NCBI GenBank assembly: GCA_949289785.1
Contig: CASEOW010000035.1
Location: 13,851 to 77,850, forward strand
Direction of reading: 5' to 3'
DNA: 64,000 nt
DNA from: an uncultured Bacillota bacterium
GTDB taxonomy: Bacteria; Bacillota; Clostridia; Christensenellales; UBA1242
A program made the translations under genes and the position numbers. The first letter of the stretch is position 1. Each line of letters starts with the position of its first letter. The notes under the pieces are model-generated. The model was not told where the DNA came from. It saw nothing but the letters and a program-made list of their open reading frames with translations, and did no database searches. Shown here one piece after another: positions 47,596-57,920 of this stretch.

Positions 47596-48750
47596 TTAAT
47601 TTTCTTCGTCATCTATAGGTGTTATATCTTCTAAATCGTTGAAACCTGCGAAAGCATCTTCATCGTTAAGTTCAGTAAGCTCATATTCAGTTTGATTAGA
47701 ATCGCTATTTTGAATAGAACTAGCAGGTTTAACTTCTATTTTCCAACCAGTAAGTCTAGCAGCAAGACGAACATTTTGACCATTTTTACCAATAGCAAGA
47801 GATAATTTATCATCAGGTACTATAACTCTAGAAGAGTGTAAACTTTCGTTTGTTTCTACACTTATAACAGTTGCAGGACTGAGAGATTTAGCTATATATT
47901 CAAGAGGATCATCACTATATTCAATTAAATCTATTTTTTCTCCATTTAATTCTGAAGTTATAGTATCAATTCTTTGACCATGGAAGCCAACACATGTTCC
48001 AATTGGATCAATATTTGCTTTTTCTGTATAAACAGCAACTTTTGTTCTATTGCCTGGGTCACGAGAAATATTTTTTATTTTAATATCTCCTGAAGTTATT
48101 TCTGGAATTTCCAATTCAAATAATTTTCTCACAAAACCAATGTTACTTCTTGTAACTTGAACTTGAGTTCCTTTAAATGAATCTTTTATTTTTTTGACAT
48201 AAACCTTAACTCTGTCTCCAATATTATATTTTTCGCCTGGAATTTGATCTGAAGGAAGCATAACTCCTTCAGTATGAGTATTTGAAAGTTGTAAATATAT
48301 TGTGCCGTTGTCTATTCTTTTAACGATAGTAGTTAAGATTTCATCCTCTTTTTCAGATAATTCATTAAGAGCCATTTGTCTTTCCATTTCTTTGAGTTTT
48401 TGCATAACTACTTGTTTAGCAGTTTGAGCAGCAATTCTACCAAAATCTTTAGTAGACTCTTCAGTTTGGACAATATCACCAATATCGTAAGATTTTTTTA
48501 TTAATCTTGCTTCTGAAAGTGAAATTTCTTTATCTGGATCTTGCACTTGATCTACAACTGTTTTGTAAGAAAAAATTCTAATAGTTGCTTTTTCTGGATT
48601 TAATTTAACCATTGCACTCTTAGCTTCTCCATACATTTTTTTATAAGCTGAAGTTAATGCAGTTTCTAAAGTAGCTATAAAAGTTTCTTTATTAATTTTC
48701 TTTTCATTTTCTAAATCTTCAAGTGCTTGAAAAAAATCTTTATTTATCAT
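47596..48750 (-). CDS. nusA: Transcription termination/antitermination factor NusA
   Basis: N-terminal domain, S1 domain and two KH domains (GRIAAQTAKQV, GTCVGFHGQRI, AIGKNGQNVRLAARLTGWKI), with an acidic tail. Confidence 0.97.
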   Translation of the reverse strand: MINKDFFQALEDLENEKKINKETFIATLETALTSAYKKMYGEAKSAMVKLNPEKATIRIFSYKTVVDQVQDPDKEISLSEARLIKKSYDIGDIVQTEESTKDFGRIAAQTAKQVVMQKLKEMERQMALNELSEKEDEILTTIVKRIDNGTIYLQLSNTHTEGVMLPSDQIPGEKYNIGDRVKVYVKKIKDSFKGTQVQVTRSNIGFVRKLFELEIPEITSGDIKIKNISRDPGNRTKVAVYTEKANIDPIGTCVGFHGQRIDTITSELNGEKIDLIEYSDDPLEYIAKSLSPATVISVETNESLHSSRVIVPDDKLSLAIGKNGQNVRLAARLTGWKIEVKPASSIQNSDSNQTEYELTELNDEDAFAGFNDLEDITPIDDEEN

Positions 48751-48762
48751 TTTAAAATCTCC

Positions 48763-49224
48763 TTAAAATTTAATAATTGGCACAATATGTGCTATTTTAT
48801 CTTTTTCAATAATTAAAGGTTCCCCTTTATATATAATAGTAACTGTTTTTTCATCAAAATTTTCTAAAACGCCTTCAAATTTTTTAATTCCATTTATTTT
48901 TGAAAACAATGTTATAGAAATTTCTTTTCCCAGATTTCTATTATAATCCCTGATAGTTTTTAAAGGTCTATCTATACCAGGTGAACTTATACTCAAGATA
49001 TAAGGTTGATCATCTGTAGGATTTAATTGTTCTATCAATTCATCTATTTCTTTTGATACTTTTTCACAATCCTCAATTTGAATTCCTTGATCATTGTCTA
49101 TATAAAAAACCAAATTCATACCATCTGATTTTTTACTGTATTCAATATCAACAACATCATATCCCATTTGTTCAATAATAGGAACTACTTTTTCTTGGCA
49201 TAAAGTTTTTACTTTTCCAGCCAT
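48763..49224 (-). CDS. rimP: Ribosome maturation factor RimP
   Basis: LSISSPGIDRPLK motif, immediately upstream of nusA. Confidence 0.9.
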   Translation of the reverse strand: MAGKVKTLCQEKVVPIIEQMGYDVVDIEYSKKSDGMNLVFYIDNDQGIQIEDCEKVSKEIDELIEQLNPTDDQPYILSISSPGIDRPLKTIRDYNRNLGKEISITLFSKINGIKKFEGVLENFDEKTVTIIYKGEPLIIEKDKIAHIVPIIKF

Positions 49225-49247
49225 TAATTTCCCCCTTTTACGAAGTA

Positions 49248-49273
49248 GGGAGCGAACAATTTCTGCTCGCTCC
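49248..49273 (-). promoter_or_regulatory. GC-rich hairpin in the rimP-nusA leader (rimP-leader-like element)
   Basis: On the - strand, GGGAGCGA-(10 nt)-TCGCTCCC lies between a TATAAT-like box and the RBS AAAGGGGG. It is the most GC-rich stem in the window. Confidence 0.5.
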
Positions 49274-49406
49274 CACTCTAAGTCATATTTATTATAACAA
49301 ATGTTATAAATTAAATCAAGTATTTTAAAAAAAATGTTAAAAATAATTGAAATTTTTATAAATAAAATTAAGTTTGATTTAAATATTTTATTAAAAATAT
49401 AGAAAG

Positions 49407-50951
49407 TTAATTGGTTTTTATTTTGTGTAATTCAAGTAGAACTTTGGCAGTAGCTTCAGCATCATTGTATGCCCTATGTGCATCTAAAAGATTTATTCCA
49501 AGAGCTTTAGTTACTGTAATTAATTTAAAATTTTTAACTCTCAAATTTGATTGTCTAACAACAATCATAGTATCTATTATTTCGTTTTCAAACTTTATGC
49601 CTATTTTAGAAGCAACTTTATTTAAAAATTTCATATCAAATCCAATTATATTATAACCACTTATAATACAATCTTGAGACCAATTATAAAAATCGACTAT
49701 AACATCTTCAATTTTAGGAGCAAATTCAACCATTTCATTTGTTATATTGTTTATTTTTTGAACATCTATTGGAATAGGATATTTAGGTTTAGAAAATGAA
49801 GAAAAGCGTTCAATTATTTTACCATTTTCAATTTTTACTGCACCTATTTCTATAATCTCACTATTTTCAAAATCAAGCCCGGTTGTTTCAAGGTCAAAAA
49901 CTACAAATTTATTATTCATAATAAATTCATCATATTGATTTTTAATCTCAAATAAATTTGATTGAGAATTTTGACTAATCTTTTCCGGAAAAACTATTTG
50001 TTTATGTGATTTTAAAAAATCATCATCTTTAGATAAATTTTCATTTAAAGTTATAGGACTGGCAAGTGTTATCTTTTTTACATAATAAGTAAGTTTATTG
50101 TTAAGCCCTATATTTATATCTCCTAACATCAGTAAATAATTTTCATTTTCAAGTGATTCCATTGCTTTTTCATGAGTTTTAGGACAAAAATAGACACATT
50201 CAATAACTCCAGTAACATCTTTTAAATTAAAAGTATATAAACTCTTTTCTTTTCCAGCATTTTTACCTTTTTTAATAATAAATTTCTTTTGGTTTATATT
50301 ATCAATAAATCCTGATAAGATGACTGAAAGTTTAGGTTTCTTATTGTTTTTTATAAATTCTGGTTTAGGAATTATATTATCTCCTATTAATTTTTTTTCT
50401 ACAATAACATCATATCTTTGTGTTTTAGTTTTTGTTGTAATTATATCTTCAGCAACTATTTCTTGTGGTAATTTTTCTTCATTTTCAATTAAGTTAATAT
50501 TAAAAATTGCAATGTACAGTTTTTGAAGATATTCTTTAAGACTCGTAATTAAATCTTTTTCATCTAAAAGAGATAAAACATCTTGATTTAATTTAATTTC
50601 GATATCAACATTTTGATCATGATAAGTCGAAGAAATATTATCTTCATTTAAATAAGGTAAAAGTGCCTTTTTATTTTCTAAAAAATATCTAATAATGTCA
50701 TTTTTAATTAATTTTTCATCAAGAAAACTTTTTTTATATTTTATTTTTAATTCTGCATTTAAAGAAAAAAACTTTTGAATAAATTGTTGAATTTCTAATC
50801 TATCGCTTTGATTCATTTCTTCTATTTGATAAGGATATAAAAAAGTAATTTGACAAAGCATTATATTTTTATCATAAACAATTTCCAAAAGTTTTAAATA
50901 TTCATATTTATTATTAAAGTTTTTATTTAATTTTTCTATCAATGATTCCAT
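49407..50951 (-). CDS. PolC-like N-terminal domain + OB fold + DEDDh 3'-5' exonuclease, lacking PHP and polymerase domains (514 aa)
   Basis: Exo I FVVFDLETTGL, Exo II GYNIIGFDMKFL and Exo III HRAYNDAEATAKVL. A preceding OB-like segment reads SLYTFNLKDVTGVIECVYF...LLMLGDINI. The N-terminal ~190 aa resemble the PolC N-domain. The gene sits exactly where polC lies in Firmicute synteny (between rseP and rimP). Confidence 0.75.
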   Translation of the reverse strand: MESLIEKLNKNFNNKYEYLKLLEIVYDKNIMLCQITFLYPYQIEEMNQSDRLEIQQFIQKFFSLNAELKIKYKKSFLDEKLIKNDIIRYFLENKKALLPYLNEDNISSTYHDQNVDIEIKLNQDVLSLLDEKDLITSLKEYLQKLYIAIFNINLIENEEKLPQEIVAEDIITTKTKTQRYDVIVEKKLIGDNIIPKPEFIKNNKKPKLSVILSGFIDNINQKKFIIKKGKNAGKEKSLYTFNLKDVTGVIECVYFCPKTHEKAMESLENENYLLMLGDINIGLNNKLTYYVKKITLASPITLNENLSKDDDFLKSHKQIVFPEKISQNSQSNLFEIKNQYDEFIMNNKFVVFDLETTGLDFENSEIIEIGAVKIENGKIIERFSSFSKPKYPIPIDVQKINNITNEMVEFAPKIEDVIVDFYNWSQDCIISGYNIIGFDMKFLNKVASKIGIKFENEIIDTMIVVRQSNLRVKNFKLITVTKALGINLLDAHRAYNDAEATAKVLLELHKIKTN

Positions 50952-50960
50952 AAAGTTATT

Positions 50961-52145
50961 TTATAATAGAAAATGTAAAATGTCAATCAGAATTACGGCT
51001 CCAAATAAAACAATCAAACCTATTGTATGAATCATATTTTCAGTTTCTCTTTTTATAGGTTTTTTTCTTATAGCTTCGATTGATGTAAACAAAACATGTG
51101 CTCCATCTAAAGCTGGAATTGGCAAAATATTGAAAACAGCTAAATTGGCACTTATTAAAGGTATTAGAAGTAATAAATTAGATAAACTAGCTTGAGTGAA
51201 AGAAGCTATAGTTGCAATTGTGGTAACAGGTCCACCTATAGAAGAAATTGGAAGTTGAAAAGTAATTAATAAAAATAAACTCTTTAAAACAATCCAAGCA
51301 AGACCAAAAGAAAATGGTACAGCTCTTTCGAGAGCTTCACCGAAAGTATGAACATAAGCTTTAACATTCACATCCCAAAAATATTGATATTCAGTAATGA
51401 TTTCACCTTCATTATTATAAACAGGTTCTCCGTTTTCGTATTTTTCAACTAATACTTGTGCAAAACCTAATTGAACTTCCTTATATTCGCCATCTCTTCT
51501 CACAATTGCAGAAATTGTTGGATAATTTAAAAAAGCTTCTTTTTCGTCAATAGAAGAGTCTTTTTTTATCTCGTCAATATATGCTTTAAATTCATCTGCA
51601 TTTTGATTAACTATGTCATTATAATTTGCTCCATAAGCAAAATCAATTTTTTGTCCATCAATTGAGATAATAACATCACCAGATTGAAGTTTATCATCAT
51701 TACTTACATTTGTAAGATAACTTCCTTCTACAATGTGTTCTACATTTTGTGAATTTAGTTGAGTATATTCTACAAATTGTGGTATATCATAACCTATAGT
51801 ACAAAGTAATACAAGTGAAGTAACTACTGCAAAAGCAAAATTAAAAGATACGCCAGCAAGAAAAACTAAAATTCTTTTCCAAGGTTTTTGATTTACAAAA
51901 GAATCTTTATCTTTTTCATCACCATCTTCTCCAGCAAAGGCACAATATCCTCCTAAAGGAAATATTCTTAATGAAATTAATTCTCCCCTTTTATTTTTAC
52001 GAGAAAAAAGAGCTTTACCAAAGCCTACAGAAAATTCTGTAATTTTAAAATTTAACATTCTTCCAACAATATAATGTCCAAATTCGTGAACAAGAACCAT
52101 TAAAAGCAATACAACAATAGCTAAAATTATATAAAGAACAATCAT
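50961..52145 (-). CDS. rseP: RIP metalloprotease RseP/RasP (site-2 protease, M50) with PDZ domain
   Basis: HEFGH, a PDZ-like insert and NILPIPALDG. Confidence 0.9.
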   Translation of the reverse strand: MIVLYIILAIVVLLLMVLVHEFGHYIVGRMLNFKITEFSVGFGKALFSRKNKRGELISLRIFPLGGYCAFAGEDGDEKDKDSFVNQKPWKRILVFLAGVSFNFAFAVVTSLVLLCTIGYDIPQFVEYTQLNSQNVEHIVEGSYLTNVSNDDKLQSGDVIISIDGQKIDFAYGANYNDIVNQNADEFKAYIDEIKKDSSIDEKEAFLNYPTISAIVRRDGEYKEVQLGFAQVLVEKYENGEPVYNNEGEIITEYQYFWDVNVKAYVHTFGEALERAVPFSFGLAWIVLKSLFLLITFQLPISSIGGPVTTIATIASFTQASLSNLLLLIPLISANLAVFNILPIPALDGAHVLFTSIEAIRKKPIKRETENMIHTIGLIVLFGAVILIDILHFLL

Positions 52146-52283
52146 TAATTCTCCTATTTTTATTATATTTTATATTAAATATTTTATAACTATCATTAAC
52201 AATATTATTTAAATAATAAAAAAATCAATAAAAACGGAAAAATTTTGATTTAAAATAATTTTTCCGTTCGTTAATATTTTTCG

Positions 52284-53255
52284 TTAAATTATTGTAAAAA
52301 GTATACTAAATGCTATAAATAAGTATGGTGCCAAGAAAATGTATGAATCAAATCTATCTAACATACCACCATGTCCAGGAAAAATAGCCCCTGAATCTTT
52401 GATTTTCGCACTTCTTTTAAGATAACTTTCAAATAAATCTCCTAATTGAGATATTACACTTCCAATTGCAGATATTACTATTATTCTCCAAATATTTATT
52501 CCTGAGATTGAAAGTTGTGAAGCCATAGCTGGTATTGAATTAAAAATACAAATCACTACAACAGAAAGCAATACACACCATAATAGCCCACCAACAGCTC
52601 CAGCAATTGTTTTGTTAGGACTTATTTTAGGAGCAAGTTTTTTGCCACCTATTAGACCACCCATTAAATAAGCAAAAGTATCAGTAAATATTGGTATCAA
52701 AAATGCGAATAATAGTACAACTAAAGAAATTAAACCATTTCCTTGAGATATTTTGCTAAAAGATGTTGTCATGTCTTCAAAATGATTAATTAAAACTAAA
52801 AATGAAAGCAAAAATGCAGGATATATAAATACTAATGTATTGTTTAAAGATTTCAAAAATGAAAATTTAAAAATACCAACATGCTTGTCCATATTTATAG
52901 TTTTAGACTCAATTTTTGTATTTTTTCTATTAACTAAAGTTATTAAAAATGTAATTAAAAAGAAAAGAATAATGCTTGCTACCATCATAACAATAGTATA
53001 AATAATTCCTATTTGACTATCAAAATTTATACAAATCAACAATATTAACATTAAGAATGCTGGAAATATTACAGAAAGTAACTTATTATTATATTTTCCA
53101 GTTTTTCCAAATATTTTAGAAGCTTCATAACTTGAAATACAGGTAATTAAAAGTATTAAAGCATCAAAAAAATAATTGCTTACATAAAATTTTAATATAA
53201 AAGCTAATATCAACACTAAAACTATGCCTATAGAAGTAAAAAATCTCGTTTTCAC
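52284..53255 (-). CDS. cdsA: Phosphatidate cytidylyltransferase
   Basis: The signature SYLKRSAKIKDSGAIFPGHGGMLDRFDS is present. The N-terminal region is longer than usual. Confidence 0.87.
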   Translation of the reverse strand: MKTRFFTSIGIVLVLILAFILKFYVSNYFFDALILLITCISSYEASKIFGKTGKYNNKLLSVIFPAFLMLILLICINFDSQIGIIYTIVMMVASIILFFLITFLITLVNRKNTKIESKTINMDKHVGIFKFSFLKSLNNTLVFIYPAFLLSFLVLINHFEDMTTSFSKISQGNGLISLVVLLFAFLIPIFTDTFAYLMGGLIGGKKLAPKISPNKTIAGAVGGLLWCVLLSVVVICIFNSIPAMASQLSISGINIWRIIVISAIGSVISQLGDLFESYLKRSAKIKDSGAIFPGHGGMLDRFDSYIFLAPYLFIAFSILFTII

Positions 53256-53950
53256 TTTAATCCTCCATATCTTCTATTTCTTTTTTCATATTCTTTTAAA
53301 CATTTTATTAAATCTTTTTCTTTAAAATCAGGCCAAAAAAGTTTTGGAAAATATAATTCACTATATGCCATTTGATAAAGCATGAAATTTGATATTCTCA
53401 TTTCTCCACTTGTTCGAATAATAAAATCTGGTTGAGGTATTTGTTTAGTATCTAAAGCATTTAAAAGCATTTTTTCATCAATTCTTTTAATACCTTTTTC
53501 TATTAAAGAATTTACTGCCCTAACAATATCATCTCTTCCACCATAATTTAAAGCAAAAATAACTGTTAGTCCATCAAAATTTTTTGTTTTATCTTTTAAA
53601 TCATAAAGAGCCTTTTGTAAATCTTTAGGAAAAGGATCTAAAACTCCAATAGAATCAATTTTAATTTTATTTTTAATAAAAACATTATCTTCTTTATTCA
53701 AATAATCACGAAGTAAATCAAAAATACCATTAATTTCTTCATCACTTCTTTTCCAGTTTTCTGTAGAAAAAGCAAAAAATGAGCAAAATTTAATTTTGTA
53801 TTTTTGACAAGCAAGAACTGTGCGTTCAATAGCTTTAATTCCCTCTTTATGACCTAAATTTCTTTGTAAACCTCTTAAAGTTGCCCAACGACCATTTCCG
53901 TCCATAATTATTCCAATATGATTTGGTAATTTTTTAAAAATTTTCTGCAT
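53252..53950 (-). CDS. uppS: Isoprenyl transferase (undecaprenyl diphosphate synthase)
   Basis: HIGIIMDGNGRWA and IRTSGEMRISNF. Confidence 0.95.
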   Translation of the reverse strand: MQKIFKKLPNHIGIIMDGNGRWATLRGLQRNLGHKEGIKAIERTVLACQKYKIKFCSFFAFSTENWKRSDEEINGIFDLLRDYLNKEDNVFIKNKIKIDSIGVLDPFPKDLQKALYDLKDKTKNFDGLTVIFALNYGGRDDIVRAVNSLIEKGIKRIDEKMLLNALDTKQIPQPDFIIRTSGEMRISNFMLYQMAYSELYFPKLFWPDFKEKDLIKCLKEYEKRNRRYGGLK

Positions 53951-54013
53951 AACAATCCTCTATTTTATCAAAACCTATAGAAATAATTATGATTATAATT
54001 TAGATTTTGACAA

Positions 54014-54580
54014 TTATACTTCCATAATTTCTTTTTCTTTAGTTTTATAATTGTCTTCTATCTTATCACAAGCATTATCAATTGCTTTTTGTATATCTTC
54101 ACTATATCCGTTTTTTTCATCTTCAGAAATTTCGCTGTTTTTTTCTAAGTCTTTTATCATTTCCATAGCATCTCTTCTTGCATTTCTAACTGCAATTTTG
54201 CTATCTTCAGCAATTTTTTTAATTGACTTAACAATTTCAAGACGCCTTTGTTCAGTTAACATAGGAAAGATTAATCTAATTACTTTTCCATCTTCATTAG
54301 GTGTAACACCTAAGTCAGCTTGACTAATAGCTTTAGAAATATTTTTTACTTGACTTTGATCCCAAACTGAAATAGCAAGAATTCTAGCTTCTGGAACAGT
54401 TATACTAGCCATGTTTTTTATAGGCGTAGGAACTCCATAATAATCTACATATACTTTGTCAAGAATATGAGGATTAGCACGACCTGCTCTTATAACTAAA
54501 TATTCATTTAATTGATGATTTATAGCCTTTTCAATTTCATTGTCAAGTTCTAACATTATATCTTCAATCATTTCACTCAT
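54014..54580 (-). CDS. frr: Ribosome recycling factor
   Basis: LVIRAGRANPHILDKVYVDYYG...ITVPEARIL...NARRDA. Confidence 0.97.
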   Translation of the reverse strand: MSEMIEDIMLELDNEIEKAINHQLNEYLVIRAGRANPHILDKVYVDYYGVPTPIKNMASITVPEARILAISVWDQSQVKNISKAISQADLGVTPNEDGKVIRLIFPMLTEQRRLEIVKSIKKIAEDSKIAVRNARRDAMEMIKDLEKNSEISEDEKNGYSEDIQKAIDNACDKIEDNYKTKEKEIMEV

Positions 54581-54600
54581 AAAAATCTCCTCTAGATTGT

Positions 54601-54629
54601 ATTTTACAATAATCTAAAAAAAAATGCAA
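54601..54629 (-). promoter_or_regulatory. Dedicated promoter for frr-uppS-cdsA
   Basis: On the - strand, TTGCAT-17 nt-TAAAAT upstream of RBS GAGGAG. Confidence 0.6.
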
Positions 54630-54662
54630 ATGATTTATATAAATATTAAATTATAAAGATAT

Positions 54663-54700
54663 AAAAAAAAGAAGAAATAAATATAAATTATTTCTTCTTT
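54663..54700 (-). terminator. Intrinsic terminator of the surface-protein gene
   Basis: On the - strand, AAGAAGAAATAA-(loop)-TTATTTCTTCTT followed by T8. Confidence 0.8.
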
Positions 54701-54731
54701 TGAAAAGTTGACTTAAATTAAAAGTAGTTAT

Positions 54732-57700
54732 TTAATTTTTATTTGATAACCATTTTTCTAAAGTACCGCTATTTAATTCTTCATAAGGATACCAAGCAAT
54801 AGCTATAGGAATTGGATAAGATAAATTTTCAATATAACACCAACCAGAATAATCATTAAAATTGATTTTTCCTTTTTCACCTGTATTTAATTGATATAAG
54901 CAATTCTTAATGGTTTCTGAATTTCCTATTACACTTGTATTAACATTTATTGCAAGACAATTATTAATTTGCCCACCATTTCCTACAATACTTCCTTTAG
55001 TTGTTCCATTTACCGTTCCAGAAACAATACAATTTTCTATTATTGAAGTTGAATTTGCATTACCAGCAATTATTCCTGCTGTTTCACCATTTATAGTTGC
55101 ATTTTCAATTATTAAATTTTTTATTGTTCCTCCACTTATATTAGCAAATAAGCCAGCATAATTATTTATATAATTAGAATATTCATTTAATTCATCACTA
55201 GTAGTGAGATTTGTTATTTTATAACCTTTACCGTCATAATTGCCTGTGAAAGTATAGTTATTTCCCATTGGTAACCATATTACTCCACTCAAATCTATAT
55301 CATTAGTTTGAATAAAAGAATATGTATTTCCAATATCCTGTTTTTCTAATGTTACAGCTAATTTTAATAAATCATGTGCATTTGAAATTTCATAAGTTCC
55401 AGCTTGATTAAAAGATTCTATGCCATCCTCTATTGCTTCACTGGTTGCAGTAGCTTGCCACTGTGCTGTTAAGGTAACTGTTACTTTATCAGTTGATGTT
55501 AAATTTATGAAATAGTTTGATGTAATTTTTTTAGAAGTATCATTCCATTGATAATTTAAAGAAGAAGATGCTTTGCCATACTTTGCAGTGTTTGTATTTA
55601 ATCCACTTGCCGTCCAACCTAAAAATAAGTAACCTGTTTTGGTTGGATTATCAATTAATATTACTTGATCATAAATTGCACTTGAAGGGGTATTATTACC
55701 ATTCGTTCCACCATTTAGATTATAAGATATATTATAAGTAATTGCAGTCCATTGAGCGTAAAGTGTTATGGTTGAAGAACCATCAGCATTTGGATTTGAA
55801 ATTAAATTTTTTACATTTTGTCCTGCTAAGTATTTTGTTCCAGTTCCATTAGCATTTGTGTTCCAACTGTCAAATATATAACCTGTTTTTATGAAACCAT
55901 TATTACTTAAATTTTGAGAAACATTATAAGTAAAAGTTTGACTTGAAGTTGCACCTGCTGTATTTCCATTTCCATTGTAAATAACTTTATAACTAATAGG
56001 TTCATAAATTGCATATAAATTTAACGTATAATCATTATCATTTATGTATGTATTAAAACTATTTGTAGAAGTTATAACATCACCATTTTGAGTTAATGAC
56101 CATCCTTTAAAAATATATCCAGTTTTATTAGACATACTCTTTAAAACAATACTACTTATGTTATCATATTCATATGTGCTTGATGCATATGTTTCATCTA
56201 AATATTCATTTGTTTCAGTATTTTTATCATAATAATTTAATCTTAAAACATTGTACCTTGTAGTAATACAAATTACATTATCCCAACTTCCAGAAGGATT
56301 AAAAATATCACTAGTAGTATAACTACATGACCATATGACACCACTATTTGATTTAGTTAAAGTTCCTTTTCCGGTTGTAGTAGTTAAGTATATGTTTGTA
56401 ATTTGTGTACCTGTACTTCCTTTTATATTTGTAAGTGTCCATGTTTGGTTTTGATTTAAGTATGGATTGTCTGGTTTATTTGATAAAGAATTACCATTTG
56501 AAATAGTGTATTCTTCATCTGTTGTAGATATGTTGAAAGTCCCACCATTTTGTGTTGATCCATCAGGTTTGTAAAAATTAATATCTATTTTATAATAATT
56601 TTTCATTTTTATTGTTATAACATGTTTACTAGTACCGGTGCATTTAAAAATATAATTATTTCCACTTTTAGTCATAGTCAAACCACTACCGCAAGTAACA
56701 CTTTCAACTTTCATTCCTGATGCTGGAGTGATATTTGATATAGTCCAACTTTTATCAAATGAAATCTTAGCATCAGAACCACTTGGTTCATTATACAAAC
56801 CATTTAAAACTGTTCCTTCATCAGTAGTTAATGTAAATGTTCCATTTTCATCAGTTTGATAATCTTCAACACCATCTTGCCCTAAAATATTTATATTTAC
56901 ACTATATTCATTAGGTATATAATTTGCATAAAGATTTGAATTTGGAGTGTAAAAAAAACCACAATCTGGATCTGGATCGATATTACCTTCATCATCTACA
57001 TCAAAAACTTTTGTTCCTGTGCCATTTTTTCCTGTGTAAAACCCTTCAAGTGTGTATCCTGTTCTTTTAAAATTACTATAATTATAGCCACTATATTCTT
57101 GCTCAATTAATGTTGAATATCCTGTATAAAATTCATATGATTCAGAATTATAATTTATTAAATTATATTTGTAAAATGCAGTTATGTAAATGTATAAATT
57201 AGTGTTGCTTTCTGTTGCACTTCCAGTATCAAATTTAGTAGAAAATTCTAAAGAAGTTTTGTAATTTGATATTGAGAAACTTTGTAAAGTAATTTCTTTA
57301 ACATAAGTAGATCCTCTATAATATGTAACATATACTGAACCTATATAACATCCGCTTCTTGAAGATGTAATTTCAAAATTTAAAGTTCTACTTTTTTGAA
57401 TGAATGCTAACCATTTTTCATATGTACCAGTTTTTGTATTATATATACCACCATATAAACCATTACCACTACCATCTAGAGCAGAATAAGAATACTGTGC
57501 TGTTAAGTTTCCAGATACTATAGTATGTTCTCCATCATAAAGTAATGAATAAGAAAGAGAAAAAGGTGAATAATTTGTTGAAGTTTCTTTACTATTATAA
57601 CCCATTGAATATATTTGAACTGTAGCTGTTGTAGATGACGCTTTTGTTGTATTTTTATCGTTATCTTTATTTATTAATAAAAATAATATACCAACACTAA

Positions 57701-57770
57701 AAAGCATTAATATTATAAAAAATATAGTTGTAATCTTAATAAATTCTTTATTTTTATTAATCTTAAACAT
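54732..57770 (-). CDS. Large N-terminally anchored surface protein with Listeria/Bacteroides-type repeats and a C-terminal GLUG-like beta-helix region (1012 aa)
   Basis: An N-terminal TM/signal anchor is present and there is no LPXTG. Repeated KTGYxFxGW...LYAxW modules resemble the Flg_new-type repeat. The C-terminal YDGKGYKITNLT...AGLFANISGGTIKNLII...AGIIAGN...GSIVGNGG is GLUG-like. Confidence 0.8.
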   Translation of the reverse strand: MFKINKNKEFIKITTIFFIILMLFSVGILFLLINKDNDKNTTKASSTTATVQIYSMGYNSKETSTNYSPFSLSYSLLYDGEHTIVSGNLTAQYSYSALDGSGNGLYGGIYNTKTGTYEKWLAFIQKSRTLNFEITSSRSGCYIGSVYVTYYRGSTYVKEITLQSFSISNYKTSLEFSTKFDTGSATESNTNLYIYITAFYKYNLINYNSESYEFYTGYSTLIEQEYSGYNYSNFKRTGYTLEGFYTGKNGTGTKVFDVDDEGNIDPDPDCGFFYTPNSNLYANYIPNEYSVNINILGQDGVEDYQTDENGTFTLTTDEGTVLNGLYNEPSGSDAKISFDKSWTISNITPASGMKVESVTCGSGLTMTKSGNNYIFKCTGTSKHVITIKMKNYYKIDINFYKPDGSTQNGGTFNISTTDEEYTISNGNSLSNKPDNPYLNQNQTWTLTNIKGSTGTQITNIYLTTTTGKGTLTKSNSGVIWSCSYTTSDIFNPSGSWDNVICITTRYNVLRLNYYDKNTETNEYLDETYASSTYEYDNISSIVLKSMSNKTGYIFKGWSLTQNGDVITSTNSFNTYINDNDYTLNLYAIYEPISYKVIYNGNGNTAGATSSQTFTYNVSQNLSNNGFIKTGYIFDSWNTNANGTGTKYLAGQNVKNLISNPNADGSSTITLYAQWTAITYNISYNLNGGTNGNNTPSSAIYDQVILIDNPTKTGYLFLGWTASGLNTNTAKYGKASSSLNYQWNDTSKKITSNYFINLTSTDKVTVTLTAQWQATATSEAIEDGIESFNQAGTYEISNAHDLLKLAVTLEKQDIGNTYSFIQTNDIDLSGVIWLPMGNNYTFTGNYDGKGYKITNLTTSDELNEYSNYINNYAGLFANISGGTIKNLIIENATINGETAGIIAGNANSTSIIENCIVSGTVNGTTKGSIVGNGGQINNCLAINVNTSVIGNSETIKNCLYQLNTGEKGKINFNDYSGWCYIENLSYPIPIAIAWYPYEELNSGTLEKWLSNKN

Positions 57771-57836
57771 TTTTCTCCTTAATATTAAAAATGGAATCTA
57801 TAATATTATGTGTAAAAATAAAATTACTATATTTAT

Positions 57837-57866
57837 ATGATAATATTTTTTTTTAAATTAAGTCAA
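57837..57866 (-). promoter_or_regulatory. Promoter of the surface-protein gene
   Basis: On the - strand, TTGACT-18 nt-TATCAT, then RBS AAGGAG. Confidence 0.6.
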
Positions 57867-57883
57867 ATCTTACAATATTTTTT

Positions 57884-57920
57884 TAAAAAAAACTTATAGT
57901 TGAACTATAAGTTTTTTTTA
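57884..57920. terminator. Bidirectional intrinsic terminator directly after tsf
   Basis: A8-ACTTATAGT-TGA-ACTATAAGT-T8. Confidence 0.85.

Noticed and set aside
49407-50951. The PolC-like ORF as a simple truncated polC pseudogene.
   Set aside because: The ORF is intact with all three exonuclease motifs. The PHP segment that precedes the exonuclease in real PolC is absent rather than frameshifted. Flanking spacers are too short to hold decayed polymerase sequence. It is therefore reported as an intact unusual gene.
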